A DNA stretch of 64,000 nt from Macrostomum lignano (taxonomy: Eukaryota), in NCBI GenBank assembly GCA_002269645.1, contig NIVC01001289.1, positions 43,286-107,285 of the forward strand, given 5' to 3'. The notes beneath the pieces are model-generated. The model was given only the letters and a program-made list of their open reading frames with translations, was not told where the DNA came from and did no database searches. Made by a program: the position numbers and the translations under genes. This document shows, piece by piece, positions 1-10,800 of the stretch (position 1 is the stretch's first letter; each line of letters opens with the position of its first letter).

Positions 1-1709
1 AGCAGGACAACTGGGTTATGATGATTTTCACCTGACAAGCATCTCAGCTCCAGATACTACTATTCGAAAATGAATTATTAAATTATTGAAAGCGGGATCG
101 GGATCATAATGGTCAATCCCGGGATTTTCGGATCCCAGGATTTATAATTATAAATTATAGTCCTCGTTTATTTCTCGGTTGCTCCACCCTCCCGAACACC
201 CATACCTGTAACTATATATTTAATGCATTTATAATTATAAGGTGGCCCGGTGTTAAAGTTAAGTATAGTGAGTTTGGTATAGTGTGGATGAAGGTAGGCT
301 ACGCTAGTATGGTTATTTATTCAATGCCAATAGCTTTTAATATGATAAGATGTGCATTAACGGGATGGAAAGGAACACTTTTGAGGGTTAATTAAGGCAC
401 CGTCAATTAAATACTAGTATCGATAATTTTCTAAACCAAGCACATGTGGAATGGGTTGAAGAGCCCCGGCCAGAAAATCGATCAATTCTAGCCCCTGTAA
501 CCCAACACACGCGCACAGGGCGTCAATAAGAGCGCACAAGTCAGCGCAGGAGCTGGGGAGTGAGTTGGTGATGGATAATCGATAACCCGCTGTTCTAAAA
601 ACTCAAGCCCAACTGTGATAGGTGGCGCTATTATTTCTGTCGATAGAAAAAGCTGATTTAATTCGACTGGGCTGTGGGTAGAAAATCGATATGCTGAACC
701 CACTCAACAATATTATCAAAAACGTTTACAGTTAACATAGTGTAGATTGCTTGACCCATCGACTTCAATTGCAAGTAGTCAGCCTTGGTAATGTTAAAAA
801 TTCGGGCCTATAATAGCTCCTGTAGAATTAGGCCCATATGCACCGTTTCAACCAAGAGGCCCAGCACGCAAGGCCGCCGGCTGTCAAAAAAATCATCAGC
901 ACCTGCTATAAAATCGTGATTGATTGGATTGTGCTTATACGAGTACTGTCGGCTGACATATAGGAGCCTGAGAGTGGTAAAAACGATAGAAATGCAATTG
1001 CCGAAAGAGGTACCGAATCAGAAGTGCAGGTTCTATTGCGATTTATGTCCAGCACTTAAGAGTAATTAATTTTCTACCCCATAAATCCCCTCCGCGCGGT
1101 ATATACACGTAAAAATATGCGCTGGGCCTAAAAGATTTTATCAAGAGAAAAGATTATCTGACGATTCTACGCGAAATCACTATACGGCCAAATGGATTCT
1201 GTCCGAGGAATCTTATAAAAGCCGATTTAGAAAAAGCTGTAATTTTTTAATATGCGAATCAAAAATCCTATAGCAAATGGTGGATAATTTTCAACTTATA
1301 CTACTCATTTTATTTCGGTTAAAGAGTTTTGTTATAATTAATTTTTTTCTAATATTTCAAAGAAAGGTGTAGCAAATTAGTAGTAGCTCTAAATCACAAC
1401 ACATGATTTTAAAAAACTAATTATTATTATCTTTTTACTGAATCACACAGATGCAATTTTTTGCAAACGAAAAGTCCAATAATCAATAAAAATATCAGAT
1501 ACGAACGTAAATATTGACTAGGTAAAACTCTATCAGTTATGAGCAAATATAGAACGTGCAGGAGTTTTTTATCTGTGAGCAACAATTTCAATTTCATTAT
1601 GAAATTCATAGATTATTGTTAGAACAGGTACACTGCATTGACAATCAAAGTGTGATTTGTCAATCTCAAACTTCCATAGGTTAACTGGTTCACTAGCTGT
1701 TATTTAAAA

Positions 1710-4088
1710 TCACCAGAAGGTGCACTTTTTCCTGTCAGACGCTGGACACTGAAACGCTTCAGCAAATTCCGGCGTATGACGCGCTATGCCGTCAACTCGA
1801 ATAGCGTGCGGCGCGTGAGTTGTAGCGCCGCCGAATTTTTCCGCCATGCTCTCCGGCTCGGCTTTGAAGCACCAGGACTGAGCGGCCTGGATAAAAAATA
1901 ACTGCTCCTCGCTAAAGTCGACATTCAGGCCTGGTAATTGCTTCCAGTTTCCGGTCCAACGTCCTCCATCACCAAGTGGCGGCGACTTAGGCTTGGTCAG
2001 TTGCATAGCAAAGTAGGCTGCTCGAATGCCAATCAGATCGGCGATGTTGTTGCCTAGGCTGGAATCGGCGTCAAGATACGGTCCGCCCGGGTACAGAGTA
2101 TAGTTGGAAAATTCTCGCCTCACACAATCCATCCTACTTAGGAAGGCCTCCTCCGTCTGGCGGTCCCAGAAGTGGCCAGAGGCGCCGCGTCGATTGATCT
2201 CGTGACCTTCGTCGTCGAAACCGTGACCAATTTCGTGTCCAATGATATAACCGAGGCTGCCAAGCTTCAAGTAAACCGGGTAGCTCTTGTGATACACCCT
2301 CGGTGCAAGGATAGCCATAGGGAAGATGATGCGATTCTTCTGCTGAAAGTTGAACGCATTCACCTCTAGCGGATTGATCGCCATAAATATGCTTATCGGT
2401 GATTTACTGGCGATCAAATCAAAGTTTTTGCGAGCCTCGGCGCATAAAGCTAAGGTGAAGAGGCTGCCAAAACTGTCGCGCAGGCCATCGGACAGGTCGG
2501 TAGAGTTGAACGCTCGCAGAGTCGAGTTGTAGAACAATTTCAATTTGCCTGCAGTGACTTGCCGGGTTCCGATGCTGTGCTGCATGTGCCGAATCTTGCC
2601 GGCAATGGCCTCTTTAGCAGACCGAGTGATCCAGTCCTGGCGTTTGACGCTGTCTATGGAAGCTGTCTTCAGTAGGTGCAGCAGATTCTTCACGTCTTCA
2701 AAGGAGCCAGCTGGGTGATAGATTTTCTCGTACATTCGCTCCACAATGGGCTGCATCTGCTGTTTGACTAGAAGCAAACAACCACCAACGACGTCGTCAG
2801 TTAAGCGCCTGAAACTGTTCATCGTTTTGCCAATCGACTGCCAGGATTTTCGCAGCTTTCTAGGCAGGAAGTCGGCAAAATTCATCATCCAGTCGAACAC
2901 AAGGAATGAAACGCGTTCGTTGAATTTTTCTCCGATGGTTGTGTAAAGCGGCAACTCTTTGAAGTAGTTGACAATGACTGTTACTGCCTTGATTGAGCGA
3001 ACCTGCAGCAAAGTATTGTTGCTTATATCCGCGTGAAGTAAGCTTTTAAAAAAGCGGCTCCATAAGAAAGGGTTCTCAGGCTGAACGCAGCGACTCAAAG
3101 CGTCCAACTCGGCAATGGTGAACTCCGTCTGGCCTTTCAATACGGTACAGTTACAATTATCGAACTTCACTTCAACAACGGAGCGACCATCGCTATCAAC
3201 CGAGGAGCAGGTGAGCATGTTCTCCAAATCTCCAAATTGATCTGACTGATTAGCCAAACTTAGGGATTGTGCAATCTGATTTTCTAAGAAGAAATCAATA
3301 AACGGAGCATATACTGGCCGACAGCTGTAGTACCTATCGTTCGTTTCAATCGACGCTCTAGTTAGATTTTCGGCGCTTTGGTCGTCCGCGGTCAACAGCT
3401 GCAATGCTATCGAGGAGGTTAACTTCACATTTAGGACGCCGCTGCCGCCAGCTTTTGTCAGGGCTGCCAGAACAGACTCGAAGCTTCCAGCTGGACGCAG
3501 GATGGGATCAATAGACAGCATCAAGTGCTGGTAGACATCACGGAAGAACTCGACCGATATGTCGCGATTCCTGTCGTCGTCGCCAACTCGACTTTGTTGC
3601 ATAAATTCGCCGCAGCTGCGATATAGTAGCCGGGTGAAATTGTACAACTGGTTGATGTCGGAGTCGGGTTCGCTGATCTCACGGTCAATGATTAACATCT
3701 CGAACATGTTCCGCTCTAGTTGTTCGCCCATGACGCTCAGAGAATCTTCAAATAGTGTCGTGGCGAACGAATCGCCCACGTGCGCTTTAGCATGGTTGTA
3801 TCGAACCAGCTGGGGGAAATTGCCGCAAGCGTAGTTGTAAAAATTAGTGCACGGATCGGCCGTCTGGTTCATCATGCCGACAATCTCGGCGGCCAGGTTC
3901 AGGCACTCTAGACTGCGACATTTTGTGTCGAGAGGCGAAGATTTTTGAGAGCTAGACGCAGCTGCCGAGGCGATTGACTCCGGCTTAAGGAGCAACAGCA
4001 GGGCCAGTGCAATAATAACTGCGGGACTGCCTGCTGTGATAAAGATAAAATAATCATTTTTTGTTATATATATTCGTCTTGACGCCAT
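1710..4088 (-). CDS. M13 family (neprilysin/endothelin-converting enzyme-like) type II membrane metallopeptidase, single exon, 792 aa
   Basis: Short N-terminal tail plus TM anchor (FIFITAGSPAVIIALALLLLL), conserved CxxxxC and DPCTNFYNYACG, VNAFN, HEIGH zinc motif (2223-2237), NIAD, HAP..RV, C-terminal C..W. The GENIAD motif reads GNNIAD. Confidence 0.93.
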   Translation of the reverse strand: MASRRIYITKNDYFIFITAGSPAVIIALALLLLLKPESIASAAASSSQKSSPLDTKCRSLECLNLAAEIVGMMNQTADPCTNFYNYACGNFPQLVRYNHAKAHVGDSFATTLFEDSLSVMGEQLERNMFEMLIIDREISEPDSDINQLYNFTRLLYRSCGEFMQQSRVGDDDRNRDISVEFFRDVYQHLMLSIDPILRPAGSFESVLAALTKAGGSGVLNVKLTSSIALQLLTADDQSAENLTRASIETNDRYYSCRPVYAPFIDFFLENQIAQSLSLANQSDQFGDLENMLTCSSVDSDGRSVVEVKFDNCNCTVLKGQTEFTIAELDALSRCVQPENPFLWSRFFKSLLHADISNNTLLQVRSIKAVTVIVNYFKELPLYTTIGEKFNERVSFLVFDWMMNFADFLPRKLRKSWQSIGKTMNSFRRLTDDVVGGCLLLVKQQMQPIVERMYEKIYHPAGSFEDVKNLLHLLKTASIDSVKRQDWITRSAKEAIAGKIRHMQHSIGTRQVTAGKLKLFYNSTLRAFNSTDLSDGLRDSFGSLFTLALCAEARKNFDLIASKSPISIFMAINPLEVNAFNFQQKNRIIFPMAILAPRVYHKSYPVYLKLGSLGYIIGHEIGHGFDDEGHEINRRGASGHFWDRQTEEAFLSRMDCVRREFSNYTLYPGGPYLDADSSLGNNIADLIGIRAAYFAMQLTKPKSPPLGDGGRWTGNWKQLPGLNVDFSEEQLFFIQAAQSWCFKAEPESMAEKFGGATTHAPHAIRVDGIARHTPEFAEAFQCPASDRKKCTFW

Positions 4089-4317
4089 TTCAAAGAGATG
4101 TACTGCAACGTTTGATTTTTAAGGGAAGCAGAAGTATGGAAAATAATCCAGTATGAAAGTGCCAAAGACCAGGAGCCAGAAAAAAATGGAGGATGTTTAA
4201 GGAGCCCTGGAACTGCTTTCCCCCAAAAAGCAGTGGATGCTGGAAAACTGATAGCCAGAAGACAGAGGACCTTTTACATCTAAAATACAGATGATTTTGT
4301 ACATTTAAAAGACAGAG

Positions 4318-4790
4318 GACCTCATACATTTAAAAGACAGAGGTTCTTGTATATCTAGAGGACAGAGGACCTAGTAGATCTAGAAGTCAGAGGACCTTGT
4401 AAATCTAGAGTAAAAAAGAGGACCTTGTAAATCTAGAAGACAGATCGAGGACCTTGTAAATCTAGAAGACAGAGGACCTTGTAAATCTAGAAGACAGATC
4501 GAGGACCTTGTAAATCTAGAAGACAGAGGACCTTGTAAATCTAGAAGACAGAGGACCTTGTAAATCTAGAAGACAGAGGACCTTGTAAATCTAGAAGACA
4601 GATCGAGGACCTTGTAAATCTAGAAGACAGAGGACCTTGTAAATCTAGAAGACAGAGGACCTTGTAAATCTAGAAGACAGAGGACCTTGTAAATCTAGAA
4701 GACAGATCGAGGACCTTGTAAATCTAGAAGACAGAGGACCTTGTAAATCTAGAAGACAGATCGAGGACCTTGTAAATCTAGAAGACAAAG
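4318..4790. repeat. 25-bp minisatellite (AGAGGACCTTGTAAATCTAGAAGAC) with 29-bp GATC-insert variants
   Basis: Near-perfect tandem copies read directly, just upstream of the M13 start. Confidence 0.9.
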
Positions 4791-5016
4791 AATCTTAGAA
4801 ATCTAGAAGGCGGTGGATTTTGGATAGCTACAGTATATAGAAGACTGGCACTTAAAGAAAATAAGAGACTCTAGAAACTAAGAAAATAAAGCTAGAAGGC
4901 GACGAACCTTCAAAGCGCTAGGGAGAGAGACACCTAGGGCGCTTGGGAGAAAGAAGTCGAAAGCTAGGCTTCAGATGGGATATTACGCGCATACTATGTT
5001 TAATCTCAAACAAAAA

Positions 5017-5742
5017 ATATTCCTTTTTACGTTCTATTTGATAAAAACTGCAACCAATTTGGCCACGGCTCAGCCTGACGCAGCCGCAGCAATTTTCCAT
5101 AGACAGCCACCGCTAGCGGCAACCAATTTGGCAAAAACTGCGAGCCATTCCGCCAGCTTGAAGATAGCAGCTCAATAGCTCATAACAATAACGATAAAGA
5201 ATGTTAACAATACATGCACGAAGTCAGAACATTATGTCCTCAGCATTCAAGCACCGATTGAAGTACGTCTGGGAATGGTTGATCCAGCGCAGGCACTTGA
5301 GAGGCGTGATGCAGTTCAGTGCTTGCTGCACTTCTCTCTTCAGAATGCGCATCCTGTGCTGATGCAGTGTCGCACCTGCTGCAGCAGCCAGTCCAGTATC
5401 TGCCACCTCGCGCTGAATGGCAGGTGATTGCAATTGCGTTTTCAGCTTGGCCTTCAGCGCTGAGCCTGCGTACTCCGCCGGGTTGATGATGAGAGAGCAC
5501 GACTGATAGTGGTCAGACTCACCACCATTCGCTCTCGATCCAGCTGATTTATCTTTTGGTACGGCCCACGATTCGCCATCAGAGCAGCTGCTATCTTCAA
5601 GCTGGCAAAACAGCTCGCAGTCTTCACCAAACTGGCCGCCGCCAGCGGTGGCTGTCTATGGAAAATTCTATGTCTATGGTCAGGCTGAGCCGTGGCCAAA
5701 TTGGTTGCAGTTTTTATCAAATAGAACGTAAAAAGGTATATT
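5017..5742 (-). mobile_element. Internally deleted, non-autonomous IS630/Tc1/mariner-type DNA transposon with ~150-bp terminal inverted repeats
   Basis: ~5021-5172 is the reverse complement of ~5586-5736. The interior on the minus strand carries MANRGPYQKINQLDRERMV (transposase-like N-terminus), VSLTTISRAL (HTH-like), INPAEYAGSALKAKLK (NPIE motif-like) and VQQALNCITPLKCLRWINHSQTYFNRCLNAEDIMF* (DDE_3-like C-terminus). TA follows the right end; the left junction is imperfect. Confidence 0.75.
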
Positions 5743-7817
5743 TGTACTAAAATTTATTTATATTCATTTTAAAGCTCTCATAACTGACTTACCCATAGTT
5801 ACCTCGTGATGCAGCAGCGATTTTCGTTAGAAATTTTCACGACACTCTGAATTCAAATCAGTTGCGTTCGCGGTAAGCAATTTAACAACCTGATATCATA
5901 GACGGTAAAAATATAGTATAAACAATATATGCTATTAGATAGCGCAGTCTTTTTAAACACAGTTGATCCGTTAAAAAGATGCAGGGTAAAATGTGCCGAA
6001 TGCCATGCAATCGTGCACTGACTGCAGCTAGCTATAGAGATAAAAATCAAAACGCTGGTATTTACTCTCGCTTACATCTGCCGCTTACAACTATATGCAA
6101 GGGCCGAAATATTAAAAGCAGATATTGCTTCATACGAGCTATTTAGATTGAAGCCCGAAGATTTAGGCGCACAGCTACTTAGGCCGCGAACTTTTAACTA
6201 GTTTAAATATAATCTAAGTATTTATTCCTTTTAAATGAACTGAGTTGAACCTCGAGAAAATAGTTAACTTTTTGGTTCTAAAGTCTGCATGCCCGTCTGC
6301 ATGGCCGATCTTCATGAATATTACTCGTATTTGATGAATATAACTTTAGCTAAACATCTGATTTAGGAATAACGACCTAAATGTACATGTGGACTGATAG
6401 CTCAAGCATAAAGTTAATGTGTATAGTTGCGTGTTTGCATGCACAGGTCAGCGCAAATTTACTTATTAAATTAGTTGAATGCAAGTTATTAGAATTTGCT
6501 AATTAGTCTTCAATTTATCGAACGAACTCTTGAATTCCAGTCTTTCGTGCCTGTCACCATATATGGCCATCTCATAATTCTCATCTGCGCTGTGCGATCC
6601 GCGGTTTTCTGGTAACGGCAAAAATATGATTGATACTGTACGTACATGTATGTAGGAAAGATATGATCAGTGAGTTATATTACCCAGTGGGGATAGAAAA
6701 TAGACTCTCGCGCCATGGTCCCTATAGCTTGATTCCATGCGTGGCCGCATTATAATTTATTGACTTGAGCATGAAAAAGGTCTCAGTCACACATGAGAGA
6801 GTAGAGAGAGCTAGTGCATCCCTGACGATTAGGCTCCGCAGAAATATTTGAACTGTTTGATTATGGTCTAGTTTGTCGCTTCGCTTAATTTTTGTTCTAA
6901 GATAACTGTTTTTAATTAGCATCTTTAAATTTAACACTTGTTCCACTTGCACGCGTCGCGCAATTTTAAATTTTAGTTAACTTAGGTAAAACAAAAATTT
7001 ATTTTAACACCTTGTGTATGCGACCAGTTAGGTACAATTTTCACTCAAGAAATAGTAAAAGGCCCTAATAAACTAGTGTGTAAATTATTTTTGTATTTTT
7101 GCAAAACGTTAAAAGATGCTTGCACGTGTTCAGCTTTTTAATACAAGCAGAATTTACCATTAATAGATTTTTAATAAAATTTTTATTCGCTAAATAAAAT
7201 AAATGAGAGCGATGCGATGCTACTAAGTACTAAAGCGTTATCTTTAATCGATCATGTATATATAATTTCCCATGTCCATCTGATTTCCTATGTATATATA
7301 ACAGTACAGTATACTAAACAAGATTTTAGTATTTTCAATTAGGGATTCTTAAGAAGTCGATAGGGTCATAGAGATTTAGAGAGAGACAATTCAAATGTTT
7401 TTTTATAAAACTATATCACTAATAAACTTACTTACGACTTAGGTTTAGTACCTTTTTAGATTCAGAGTATATAGAAGTGAAGTTTAGCTATATAGATAGT
7501 TGAAATTTTAAAATGATATGAAGGAAGTTTATCTTTTAATTTTATGTATTTAAATATACTTGATTTTGTTTAGGTCGTAAATAAAAGTTACAGATTTATA
7601 TTGAGGAATGCTAATAATCCTAATAGTTACTATACTATATATTTGCTTTTATTTTTATCTTAAACTAGGCCTATAGTCATTTTTCGTATAATTGATATTC
7701 TAGTCTGCTAGCTTTTCAATTGCCAGTATATTTTTAGTTTGTGTTTTTACTTCAGTTCAATTATAAGCTGCATAAATAAGGGTAAAAAATAAAAAATATG
7801 TTGTTGAATAAAAAATG

Positions 7818-10800
7818 TTAATCATTCAGTTGTATTGGTTGGGACTCCATTAGCTGATTGGTATTGAAGGTGACCCTCAGCTTTGGGGTCAGACTTGTCC
7901 TCCTTTCTTCTCTTCTTGTCTCCTGAAATTATTTCAAAGTTTATTATTAGTTAGAAAATCAAATTGATCAATCTGATTAGAATTGATTTTTATTTAAAAC
8001 TTTCATTTTTTACACATAATGGCATTTGTTTGGGTTTTAGGGTTGAATGTTAAGGTTACCAAAGTGGGTGTCAATAGTAGCCTAATTATCAAATAGTAAA
8101 TCAGGTTTCAAAAATTATATGCAATGTTTGAGTGATTAAGTAGTATTGTAAGCACTAGCTATAAAGAAAATTTGTGTACATCATGCAAAAGCAAGAATTG
8201 GGTGCATAGGTGATACCTAATAATAGAAAACTATTGTGTAAATTCAGATCTTTTGCATTTGGACACCTCACGACATGATATTTCTTGCTGGGTCAACACA
8301 AGTAGCTATGCAAATGTTATGTAATACAAATCAGAGTACTTTTAGCACTGCACATTTGATAAATTCTGTGATGAACATGCTTACTCAAAACTGCCTCTAA
8401 ATCATCAAAATGTAGGTGCAGTTACCTTCCTGTAGGTTTCTGTCATGCATCTCCTTGCTTCTTATTTTGTCCATTCTCCCTTCTCACCCTTCATTTTGTC
8501 CATTCTCTTTTCTCACCCCGCTTCTCATTTTGTCCATTCTCCCCTCACCCCGCTTCTCATTTTGTCCATTCTCCCCTCACCCCGCTTCTCATTTTGTCCA
8601 TTCTCCCCTCACCCCGCTTCTCATTTTGTCCATTCTCCCCTCACCCCGCTTCTCATTTTGTCCATTCTCCCCTCACCCCCTTCTCATGTTGTCCATTCTC
8701 CCCTCACCCCGCTTCTTATTTTGTCTATTCTCCCTCAATCCTCGCTTCTCATTTTGTCTTTTGTCTTCTTTATTTCTCTTATTTAGCCTCTCATGTCCCT
8801 CGATTCTCTCGATGTAATTACCCTTATTTTTCTAAATTCTCTCATCACTTATCAGTGGCTCTGTTTTCTAAACTCAATTTTTTACTAACTAGCCTGAACA
8901 GTGTTTCCTGTGCATTCGCAAGCGTCTTGTTAAGTCCATAGAGCTGTTGGTGCATGCATTCGCTGATGCTGAGTTCTCAGTTTACCTTCCCAGCAGCTAG
9001 TGGCGCAGAACCAATACCACCGCCATGGCCAACAATGCTTGGCCTCCTTCTACCAACAGCTGTTCCACTATGGGTGAATTCAGCAGCATTTGCTGATGCG
9101 GCTTGCATGGCCGCGTAGGGTCCTGGCTGGTGCTGTCTCTGTTGCTGCGTTGGCGTATTGCCGCCGCCTTTGCCAAAGCTGAAGGCCGGCTCTAAGAGGT
9201 CGCTGGCGTTACCCGGCGACGAATGATGCCCGGCAGACGGTGTGAGTTGCTGGCGGGCTAATGTATTTTGATAATTATGACATTATATTTAAGATTAATT
9301 TGCTTCTACAAATCGGACTGATATACGTCTCTGCAAAGTACACAAATTAAGGACATCAACTTTTGCTTCTAAAACTGTAATTGCGAGTTTTTCAGAAGTT
9401 TTTTCGAAGGTCCTGGAGGTTTCGAGGTGGGGGGGGGGGGTTGCAGCAGAGAGATTCAATGAGGACACCCTGGGATTTAAAAAAATTCTAATGTTAGTAC
9501 TGTTAATAGTGGTCTGTTGACTTGTGTAGTTCTCAATCTCAACATAAGTGTAACATCTATTTAAGCATTTAATGATAAAGATTAAATCAATGAGTGACTG
9601 AGCATAAATATTAAACTACTGTGTTCGAACGAGTTATCTATTAGTATTATAAGGAAATGATGAGCAATATTAATAAAAAATATTTATAAATTTTGAGATA
9701 GAACAACACTTGAAAAATGCTTTCCCGACCTTTCTTGCCCTTCTTTTTGCTCTTCGGCAGCCTGTTGTCTTCGGTCTCGGTGTAGTCAACTAGGCCTTTC
9801 TCTTTGCAACGATTCAGAATGCCTGCCATCTCCGCTTGTTCGCGCGGCTGTTTACGAGAAGAGAGACAGACAGTGTTGATTGACGTTATTATCAGTAGAT
9901 AGACTGTATTGTAGCTAAACTCCAGCCCTTCATGAACTTCCTAATCTTATTATATCTCCCTGCTCACCTGTCGGATAATGAGAGCCACAAAGCAGCCGTT
10001 GCTATTCCCGGATGGCGGTATCTTGATATAGTGCCCGTTGATGACGTCCTTGTCGTCAATATCCTGTCCGGAGATGGCCAAGTTAGTTGGCGCCACGTCG
10101 AATGGATCTTTGCGATCGCGGACGTGAAGTCGATTCATGGCGTCCAGAGCGATGTCTACGATGTGTTCGTTCTCTTCGTCGTAGATGGATCTGGTTAGGT
10201 ACACTGCCGATCGGAGTCTACCAGCTGCGTGGTTTAAGAATCACAAATCAAAATCTCTTTAGGCTTAGAAGCATTTCGCTTTAGTGCAACGTAAATTTTG
10301 AAGACACCATAGCATCATCTAAGTTCGTATTGAATTGTATATCACTTTTCTGCTTCCGATCTTATCTGTCGATCTTTTAACTCACGTCACTCTTCGGTTT
10401 CCCATCTCACCTGGGTGTTCCAGTCCTGGGATTGTACCGGATTTCGGAGTTTCGAGATCCCGGGATCCAGGGTTAGAATCCCTAATACCAAACTTCAATC
10501 TCCTTTATCAACCTTTGGTGTCCTTCCTACCTTTTTTTTATTAGAGGCAGGGGGGTTGTGTGCACCCTGGCGCACTTTAAGCGACATAGGCACACAACCG
10601 GCGAGAGGCATTACTGCCCATTCCGCCGACTCCCCTGAGCAGGCATACAAGCGCGCGGATACGTACGCAGGCACACACTCACACAGGAGTGTACAGCGGC
10701 CCTAACTTTATATTATCGTTAGGCATGTACACTTCACTGCGCCTTGGGGGGTTGGCTCTCAAGGCCGTTAATTGCACAAGCGAGCCAAGCCGAAATTCCA

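Noticed and set aside
831-1128. GGCCCA...TGGGCC possible PIF/Harbinger MITE
   Set aside because: Only 6-7 bp of inverted match, and the flanks (TTA vs TAA) are not a direct repeat.
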